Part shown: positions 57,548-64,000 of the stretch, in pieces
Numbering within the stretch: position 1 is the first letter of the stretch
Layout of the letters: the number at the start of each line of letters is the position of its first letter
Source of the DNA: Gemmatimonadota bacterium
GTDB taxonomy: Bacteria > Gemmatimonadota > Gemmatimonadetes > Gemmatimonadales > Gemmatimonadaceae
Length of the DNA: 64,000 nucleotides
NCBI GenBank assembly: GCA_040389905.1
Contig: JAZJZK010000005.1
Coordinates: 192,001 to 256,000 of the forward strand
Reading direction: 5' to 3'
Program-made: the position numbers and the translations under genes
Notes under the pieces: model-generated
Databases searched by the model: none
What the model was told of the DNA's origin: nothing
What the model saw: the letters and a program-made list of their open reading frames with translations, nothing else

Positions 57548-58370
57548 CGTCCTCCGCGCGGTGGTCGTCGATGATGAGCCCAATGCCCGAGAGGTGGTGC
57601 TCACGCTGCTCGCGTCGAGCAAATGGGTGCGCGTGATCGGCGAGGCGAGCAACGGCGCGGAAGCGGTTGATCTCATCCGTCGTGAGAAGCCAGACCTCGT
57701 CTTCCTCGACGTGCAGATGCCGGATCTCGATGGGTTCGGAGTGATCGAAGCCCTTGGTGACGAGGTTCCGCGCGGCATCGTGTTCGTCACCGCGCACGAT
57801 GAGCATGCCATCCGCGCGTTCGATCTGCACGCGCTCGACTATGTTCTGAAGCCATTCGGTCGCCCGCGATTCGAGGCGGCCGTCTCGCGTGCGATCGAAC
57901 GGCTGCAGGCGCTCGACGCGCTCTCGTTGCAGCGCACCCTCGCGAGCATGGCGGATGATCGTCGAGCGGTCGGGGAAGCGGCGGCAGAACTCTACCTCGG
58001 CGACTCGGCTCGCGTCGAAGTCCCGCCCACGAGGCTCAGGCGCATCGGTGTCCGCAACGGCTCGAAGATCACGGTTGTCGACATCGACGCAATCGATTGG
58101 GTGGAAGCGTCCGGGGATTACGCGCGGATTCATACCGGCAAGGCGCGGCACCTCGTGTTGCAACGAATGCATGCTTTGGAGCAGGCGCTCGACGACGGCG
58201 GCTTCGTGCGCATTCACCGGTCGATCATCGTGAATGTGGCGAGGATTCGCGAACTTCATCGGGAGCCGGACGGCGGAGGAAGCATCGTGCTGAGCGACGG
58301 TGTGCAGTTGCGCGTTGCGCGCGGGCGGTGGGAGGCGCTGCAGGAGGCGCTGGAGATCCGGGATTTCTAG
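57534..58370 (+). CDS. LytTR-family response regulator
   Basis: VVDDEP, FLDVQMP, FVTAH, LKPF, FVRIHRS.IVN. Confidence 0.94.
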   Translation: MAATDVLRAVVVDDEPNAREVVLTLLASSKWVRVIGEASNGAEAVDLIRREKPDLVFLDVQMPDLDGFGVIEALGDEVPRGIVFVTAHDEHAIRAFDLHALDYVLKPFGRPRFEAAVSRAIERLQALDALSLQRTLASMADDRRAVGEAAAELYLGDSARVEVPPTRLRRIGVRNGSKITVVDIDAIDWVEASGDYARIHTGKARHLVLQRMHALEQALDDGGFVRIHRSIIVNVARIRELHREPDGGGSIVLSDGVQLRVARGRWEALQEALEIRDF

Positions 58371-58404
58371 CCTGTCTGTCGATGCGCCGCGGCCTGAACC
58401 GATC

Positions 58405-58602
58405 TTACCGCAGAGGACGCAAAGGAGCAGAGGAACGCAGAGGACTACGGAAGCGTTCTTGCTCGTTCTGTCGCCCTGAGCGAAGCGAAGGGCCTGCACG
58501 TGCTGTTACGGCGTGAGGTGCAGGCCCTTCGCTATGCTCAGGGCGACAAACGAGCGGTTTTTCCTCTGCGGCCCTCTGCTCCTCCGCGTCCTCTGCGGTG
58601 AA
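58405..58602. repeat. Composite palindrome: family B arms enclosing an inverted pair of family A
   Basis: TTACCGCAGAGGACGC... (58405-58444) pairs with 58562-58602; family A at 58461-58499 (-) and 58518-58555 (+). Confidence 0.85.
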
Positions 58603-58679
58603 AACGACGTGGCGCCTGACACCACTTCGAATCATGTTTGGCGATCCCCCGCCGCGCGCAGAGTGACTAGCATTCCAGT

Positions 58680-59678
58680 ATGACTTTACCAACGCGACTG
58701 TCCTACGGTTTCATCGTCCTGCTGCTCATCGCTGCCGACTACCTGCACATCGCCACCCCACTGGTGACCGTGCTGTTCTGCTATTTCGCGCTCGACAAGC
58801 TCGGCGTCGGCGACCGGAAGTGGCTCGGTGTGAGTGTGTTCCTTATCCTGCTCAGCGCTGCTGGAGTGGGCTTCTCGTTCTTCATCAAGCAGGCTCTCGT
58901 CGCGCTTCCGCGGATGGCGGAAACCACCATTCCCGTCGTCCTCGGTTGGGCGGAGAAGCAGGGCATCGAGCTGCCCTTTGCAGACTATCAGAGCCTGCGG
59001 TTGCTGGCGCTGAACGCGGTGAAGGGTGAGTTGGGCGGGCTGGGCAAGTACGCCGGCACCGCCGTGGTACAGACGGCCGCCGTCATCATCGGCATCGTGG
59101 TCGCGATCAGCCTCTTCCTGAATCCGAAATTCGACCTCGAAGCGAACCTGCCACACCACGACAACAATCTCTATACGTTGACCGGCGAGGAGGTGGGGCA
59201 GCGATTCCGGACACTCTACCGCAGCTTCGCTACCGTCATGGGTGCGCAGATCATTATCTCGGCGATCAACACGACGGTGACAGCCCTCTTTCTCTACCTG
59301 GCCGGCTTTCCCAATGCGCCGGTGATCATCGGCACCACGTTCCTTTGCGGATTGATCCCGATTATCGGAAACCTGATCAGCAATACCATCATCGTCGGCG
59401 TCGGATTCACGATCGCGCCGCAACTGGCGCTGATGGCGCTCATTTTTCTGATCGTCCTCCACAAGTTCGAATACTTTCTCAACAGCAAGATTGTCGGCGA
59501 TCGCATTCAGAACCCCATGTGGCTCACGCTGATCGGCCTCGTGATCGGGGAGAAGCTCATGGGGATTCCGGGGATGATCCTCGCGCCCGTCATGCTGCAC
59601 TACATCAAGGTGGAGGCGAAGGGAAACCAGCCGCTCATCGCGCTTCCCGACGACCCGCAGCCCTCGACCCTCGTTTGA
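58680..59678 (+). CDS. AI-2E family transporter
   Basis: Multi-[38 protein letters not shown]. Confidence 0.88.
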   Translation: MTLPTRLSYGFIVLLLIAADYLHIATPLVTVLFCYFALDKLGVGDRKWLGVSVFLILLSAAGVGFSFFIKQALVALPRMAETTIPVVLGWAEKQGIELPFADYQSLRLLALNAVKGELGGLGKYAGTAVVQTAAVIIGIVVAISLFLNPKFDLEANLPHHDNNLYTLTGEEVGQRFRTLYRSFATVMGAQIIISAINTTVTALFLYLAGFPNAPVIIGTTFLCGLIPIIGNLISNTIIVGVGFTIAPQLALMALIFLIVLHKFEYFLNSKIVGDRIQNPMWLTLIGLVIGEKLMGIPGMILAPVMLHYIKVEAKGNQPLIALPDDPQPSTLV

Positions 59679-59680
59679 CG

Positions 59681-60319
59681 ATGCAATTCCCCGACGCGGC
59701 GCGCGATCTCGCGGAGCTCGGACGCCGTTTTCATGGTCGCGGGTGGGCCCTGGGCACCAGCGGAAACTTCAGCGTCGTGGTGAGTCGCGATCCGCTCCGC
59801 CTCGCCATTTCGGCGAGCTCAATCGCGAAAGGAACGATGCGCGACGCGGACGTCCTGGAAGTCGACGACCGCGGTGTGCCGTCTGGCCCAGGTGCAGGCG
59901 CACCGTCGGCGGAAACACTCCTCCACGTGGAGATTGCCAGGCGCTGCAGTGCCGGCGCGGTGCTGCACACCCACTCCGTGTGGGCAACGATACTCTCGGG
60001 GTTGGCCGCGCATTCCGAGGGCATTGCGATCGAGGGATTCGAGATGCTCAAGGGGCTCGCCGGCGTGCGCACGCACGAACATCGCGAGTGGATTCCCGTC
60101 GTCGACAACGACCAGGACATGACGCGCCTCGCGCCGGTCGTCGGCGCAGTGCTGGAACGAAATCCAGGCGTCCACGCATTCCTCTTGAGGCGGCATGGGA
60201 TGTACACGTGGGGAGCAACGCTGGCGGAAGCGGAACGACACGTCGAGATTCTCGAATTCCTGCTCGAAGCGACTGGCCGTTCAATGATGCTCGGGTCAAG
60301 GGATCATGGAGGTGGGTGA
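59681..60319 (+). CDS. mtnB: Methylthioribulose-1-phosphate dehydratase
   Basis: [32 protein letters not shown]. Confidence 0.93.
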   Translation: MQFPDAARDLAELGRRFHGRGWALGTSGNFSVVVSRDPLRLAISASSIAKGTMRDADVLEVDDRGVPSGPGAGAPSAETLLHVEIARRCSAGAVLHTHSVWATILSGLAAHSEGIAIEGFEMLKGLAGVRTHEHREWIPVVDNDQDMTRLAPVVGAVLERNPGVHAFLLRRHGMYTWGATLAEAERHVEILEFLLEATGRSMMLGSRDHGGG

Positions 60320-60894
60320 TGGCACAGGTGAAGATTCCGGCGGAGAACCGCACGATCACGGATGATGGCGCGGTGGGCCAATACCTGGCGTCGCAAGGCA
60401 TCGACTACGAACACCTCGGCTCCGTGCCGACCGCTGTTGGTGCGACGTCGGGGGAACTGCTCGCGGCCTATGCGCCGAAGATCGACGAACTGAAGGCGCG
60501 CGGGGGGTACATCACCGCGGACGTCATCGATGTCAAGGACGATACGCCGGGGTTGGACGCCATGCTGAAGCGCTTCAGCAGCGAGCACTGGCACGACGAG
60601 GATGAAGTTCGGTTGATCGTCGAGGGTCGAGGGATTTTTCACATCCACCCAACTGACGGTCCGGTGTTCGTGATCGAGGTTGCGGCGGGTGATTTGATTC
60701 GGGTTCCCAGGGGAACACATCACTGGTTCGATCTGTGTGGCGAGCGTCGCATTCGCGCCATTCGGCTCTTCCAGGATATCTCGGGATGGACGCCGCACTA
60801 TACCGAGAGTGGGGTCGACACGGGTTTCCAACCGTTGTGCTTCGGGCCGGCGTACATCCCTCAGGCGAGAGTGACGCCCAGTATCGACGTATGA
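60319..60894 (+). CDS. mtnD: Acireductone dioxygenase
   Basis: [37 protein letters not shown]. Confidence 0.94.
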   Translation: MAQVKIPAENRTITDDGAVGQYLASQGIDYEHLGSVPTAVGATSGELLAAYAPKIDELKARGGYITADVIDVKDDTPGLDAMLKRFSSEHWHDEDEVRLIVEGRGIFHIHPTDGPVFVIEVAAGDLIRVPRGTHHWFDLCGERRIRAIRLFQDISGWTPHYTESGVDTGFQPLCFGPAYIPQARVTPSIDV

Positions 60895-61655
60895 GTGCCG
60901 GCGTCACGTTATCGCCCTCGGTGCGAGGCATTGTTCTCGACATCGAGGGAACGACGACGCCGATTTCGTTCGTGCACGAGACGCTGTTTTCCTACGCGCG
61001 TGAGCATCTGCGTGAATTGTTGGCGGAGGCCGATCGTGACGACGTGCGCGTCGCGCTCGAGGGTCTTCGTCGCGAATGGGACGCAGATCCGGAGGTGCAG
61101 GCCCTTCGTTTCACCCAGGGCGACAGAACGAGCGGCTCCTTCGGCACGATGGCGTACCTCACCTGGCTCATGGACCGGGACAGGAAATCACCTGCGTTGA
61201 AGACCTTGCAAGGGCTGGTGTGGCAGCGCGGATACCAAGCCGGAACGCTCTCCAGCGAGGTCTATCCGGACGTCCCGCGCGCCTTCGCGCGGTGGCGGGC
61301 AGACGGACTGCGCATCGCCATCTATTCATCGGGAAGTGTGCTCGCTCAGCGCCTCCTCTTTGCGCACACGACCCATGGCGATCTGACCCCGTTCATCGAG
61401 CAGTATTTCGACACGGGGGTTGGCGCGAAGCAGTCGCAGGACAGCTATGTACGGATTGCCGAGGCGATGGAATGTGCGGGAGGCGAACTACTCTTCGTCT
61501 CTGACATCATCGGAGAGCTGCACGCCGCACGGGCAGCGGGGATCGACACGCTCCTTTGCGTCCGGGACGCGAGCGCCGATGTGATTGATTCGCGTCCCAA
61601 GACGATCGCCACCTTTGACGAGATAGCCGGACCGGGCACGACTCCGCAGAGATAG
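60891..61655 (+). CDS. mtnC: Enolase-phosphatase E1 (acireductone synthase)
   Basis: [41 protein letters not shown]. Confidence 0.94.
   Translation: MSAGVTLSPSVRGIVLDIEGTTTPISFVHETLFSYAREHLRELLAEADRDDVRVALEGLRREWDADPEVQALRFTQGDRTSGSFGTMAYLTWLMDRDRKSPALKTLQGLVWQRGYQAGTLSSEVYPDVPRAFARWRADGLRIAIYSSGSVLAQRLLFAHTTHGDLTPFIEQYFDTGVGAKQSQDSYVRIAEAMECAGGELLFVSDIIGELHAARAAGIDTLLCVRDASADVIDSRPKTIATFDEIAGPGTTPQR
61095..61133 (+). repeat. Family A repeat embedded in frame in mtnC
   Basis: 36/39 identical to the reverse complement of 58461-58499; encodes [13 protein letters not shown]. Confidence 0.85.
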
Positions 61656-61686
61656 CCGAGCGCCGGCGTTCGTCCTATCTTCGCGC

Positions 61687-63333
61687 ATGAGCTCTCCCTC
61701 CATGGCACCCGCTAACGGCTCCGCGTCCGGTCCGGTTCCGTACCGGTGGGCAACCACCGGCGACATCAACGCCTTCTTCGGCTTGATGCTCGACAACGTG
61801 GTAAATCTCGCAGTTCTCGCCGGCATCCTCGTCGCCGCCTTCGGATTCCCCGCGCAGCTCGTCTACACGCGCATGTTTCCGGGCACCGCCTTCGGCGTGA
61901 TGTTCGGCGACATCGTCTATACCATCATGGCGATTCGCCTCGCGAAGCGGACGGGCCGGACCGACGTGACGGCGATGCCCCTCGGACTCGACGCCCCCTC
62001 GACGATCGGCATGGCGCTCACCGTGCTCGGACCCGCCTTCGTCGTCGCAAAGGGCCGGATGCCCGAGGCCGACGCCGCGATCCTCGCGTGGCAGGTGGGC
62101 ATGGCCGTGATGGTGCTGATGGGCGTCTTCAAGCTCATCATGTCCTTCATCGGTGATCGCATTCGTCGCGCGATCCCGGAAGCCGGATTGCTCGGCTCCA
62201 TCGGCGGCGTTGGCTTCGCACTTCTCGGTACGCTGCAACTCGGCGAGATCTATGGCGAGCCGATCGTCGGCATGATGGCGCTCGGCGTCATCCTCTACAC
62301 GCTCGTGGCAAAGATCAAGCTACCATTTCGAGCACCGGAGGTGCTCGTCAGCGTATTGATCGGCGCCATCCTCTACTACGCACTCGGTGCACTCGGCCTC
62401 TCGGTGCATCACGTGGCGACGCCGGTGGCGAGTTTCCCGCTCGGCTTTCCCACGCCCTCGCTGGGATTCCTGACAGGCATGCCGATCGCGGTGCGTGACT
62501 ATCTCCCGCTCGCGTTGCCCTTTGCGATTCTCACGGTCATCGGCGGCATCAACGTCACCGAGAGTGCACGCCTCGCCGGCGACGATTACAACACGCGCGA
62601 CATCCTGCTGACGGAAGCGATTGCCACGCTCATCGCCGGGGTGTGCGGTGGGGTCAGCCAGTCGACGCCGTACATCGGCCATCCCGCATACAAGGCAATG
62701 GGAGGGCGTGCGGGGTACACGCTCGCGACCGGGTTGTTCATCGGACTCGGTGGAATGCTTGGCTACATCGCCTTTATGGCGGATGCGATCCCGAAGCCTG
62801 CACTGGCGCCAATCCTGGTGTTCGTCGGGCTGGACATCGCGGACCAAGCCTACACCGCGACCCCTCGGCGCCACGCCGCTGCGGTGACGCTCGCTGTTCT
62901 TCCGTCAGTTGCGCAACTGGTGTTGATCTTTCTCTCGCAGGTGTACGGGGGCGCGCTGTTGGCGTCGGCGATCGATCCGGCAGGCACGATGAAGGCCACG
63001 GGATTGATGAACCCGGATTTCATCAAGACCTGCGGCGTGATGGTGCTGCTGGCGCACGGCTTCATTCTTACGGCGATGCTGTGGGGCGGGGCGGTGGCAT
63101 TCATGATCGACCGGCGGATTCAGGCGGCCGCCGTGACCCTCGCGGTGTGCGGGGCGCTGTCATTCTTCGGTGTGATCCACTCCGTTACTGCCACAGGAGG
63201 GATCTACCTGCCGTGGACGACAGGCTCGGCGCTGCCGTACCACTGGACGGTGGCGTATTTCGGGTTCGCCGTGATGATCTTGCTATTGTCGAAATCGAAG
63301 GAGTTCCGCGAGGCGCCTGCGTTCGCACAATGA
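61687..63333 (+). CDS. NCS2/AzgA-like nucleobase-type permease
   Basis: GDINAFFGLMLDN, TAMPLGLDAPS, ESARLAGDDY, TPYIGHPAYKAMGGRAGY; 12 or more TM segments. Confidence 0.8.
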   Translation: MSSPSMAPANGSASGPVPYRWATTGDINAFFGLMLDNVVNLAVLAGILVAAFGFPAQLVYTRMFPGTAFGVMFGDIVYTIMAIRLAKRTGRTDVTAMPLGLDAPSTIGMALTVLGPAFVVAKGRMPEADAAILAWQVGMAVMVLMGVFKLIMSFIGDRIRRAIPEAGLLGSIGGVGFALLGTLQLGEIYGEPIVGMMALGVILYTLVAKIKLPFRAPEVLVSVLIGAILYYALGALGLSVHHVATPVASFPLGFPTPSLGFLTGMPIAVRDYLPLALPFAILTVIGGINVTESARLAGDDYNTRDILLTEAIATLIAGVCGGVSQSTPYIGHPAYKAMGGRAGYTLATGLFIGLGGMLGYIAFMADAIPKPALAPILVFVGLDIADQAYTATPRRHAAAVTLAVLPSVAQLVLIFLSQVYGGALLASAIDPAGTMKATGLMNPDFIKTCGVMVLLAHGFILTAMLWGGAVAFMIDRRIQAAAVTLAVCGALSFFGVIHSVTATGGIYLPWTTGSALPYHWTVAYFGFAVMILLLSKSKEFREAPAFAQ

Positions 63334-63354
63334 GTGAGTTCCCATCCTGAAGCA

Positions 63355-63469
63355 TGTCATCCCGCACGAGCCGACGGCGAGTGTCGGGATCTACTCTCTG
63401 GGGAGAGGGGCCAGCTTATGGCGCAAGGACGATAGATCCCGACATGCGCTTCGCGCATGCGGGATGACA
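63355..63469. repeat. Palindromic repeat, family C
   Basis: TGTCATCCCGCACGAG...GGGATCTA / TAGATCCC...GCGGGATGACA, between convergent genes. Confidence 0.8.
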
Positions 63470-63501
63470 ACGAGTATCAGGACGAACACGACACGCCCGA
63501 G

Positions 63502-63846
63502 CTAGAGATCGAGCACGAGGCGGAGCCCGCGAGCGACGGCCGTCATCGTCGCGCCGTCCACTGCGCCGATTCGCTTGATCAACGCTCTACGGTCGACCGC
63601 GATTGGCTGCGAAACATTGACAACCGAGTCCTTCTCGAGCGCTGAGTCACGCGCACGGATCAGGACATTACCCGGCGCATCTGCTCGCTGGATGTTGGTG
63701 GTGAGCGGCACGATGACCGTGCTGGCGATTCTGCTGTGATTGAATCCGTCGCTCTGCACAACGAGCACCGGACGACGAAAGCCGGGCGCTGCGCCGACTG
63801 GAGCGTCGAGGTCCGCCCACCAAAGCTCGCCGCGGCGGATCACCAT
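63502..63846 (-). CDS. mazF: PemK/MazF-family toxin
   Basis: RRGELWWADL..PVG..PG.RRPVLVVQSD.FN, PLTT, SVVNVSQ..AVDR. Confidence 0.93.
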   Translation of the reverse strand: MVIRRGELWWADLDAPVGAAPGFRRPVLVVQSDGFNHSRIASTVIVPLTTNIQRADAPGNVLIRARDSALEKDSVVNVSQPIAVDRRALIKRIGAVDGATMTAVARGLRLVLDL

Positions 63847-64000
63847 TCGTTCGTCGCGAGGGTCCGTCGAGCGGCCTCGACCAGAAAAGAGTCCGGGCGA
63901 CCATCCTCCACGGCGTAGACCGCATTCAACCGTTCGGTCACCTCCGCATGCCGGTGCTTTGCCACATACTCGGCCAGCGCTTCCGCGACGAGCCCACTGC
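63840..64000 (-). CDS. RHH-type antitoxin, 5' end outside the window
   Basis: Hand translation SGLVAEALAEYVAKHRHAEVTERLNAVY...TNEW*; the stop overlaps the toxin start. Confidence 0.75.
   Translation of the reverse strand, partial: SGLVAEALAEYVAKHRHAEVTERLNAVYAVEDGRPDSFLVEAARRTLATNEW

Noticed and set aside
1..64000. tRNA, rRNA, integrase or transposase genes
   Set aside because: None recognised by eye; a covariance-model search would be needed to exclude small RNAs.

Overview
High-GC bacterial window. Gene content and style (many secreted carboxypeptidase-regulatory/plug proteins, beta-propellers, MacB-like permeases, RCC1/Ig giants, fused ccoNO) suggest Gemmatimonadota, which is an inference. 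Ordinary modules: complete cbb3 oxidase cluster (ccoNO-Q-P-G-H-DsbD_2-I-S), methionine salvage genes mtnB-mtnD-mtnC flanked by two permeases, penicillin-acylase-type Ntn hydrolase, amidase, RNB ribonuclease, LytS/LytTR pair, VapBC and MazEF-like toxin-antitoxin pairs. Three accessory loci stand out. (1) 48.2-53.1 kb: an operon with a near-consensus sigma70 promoter, led by two paralogous signal-peptide-bearing 4-Cys peptides (C-x7-C-x5-C-x7-C...YYTMF), then a hairpin, a thioredoxin-like protein, a beta-propeller lipoprotein and a MacB-like permease. (2) 6.5-14.6 kb: a PqqD/RRE protein carrying its own lasso-leader-like tail, an HPr-kinase-like enzyme, three GT2s, a nucleotidyltransferase and an ABC exporter, with no lasso cyclase or peptidase. 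(3) 35-47.1 kb: two tandem ~2000-aa paralogs fusing cohesin-like, dockerin, Ig, RCC1 and SusD-like domains, in the same frame and separated by one TAG, the second having lost its ATG. There are also three families of palindromic repeats (one copy is translated in frame inside mtnC) and a MITE-like element with terminal inverted repeats and a target-site duplication. All family calls come from motif recognition by eye; no searches were run.
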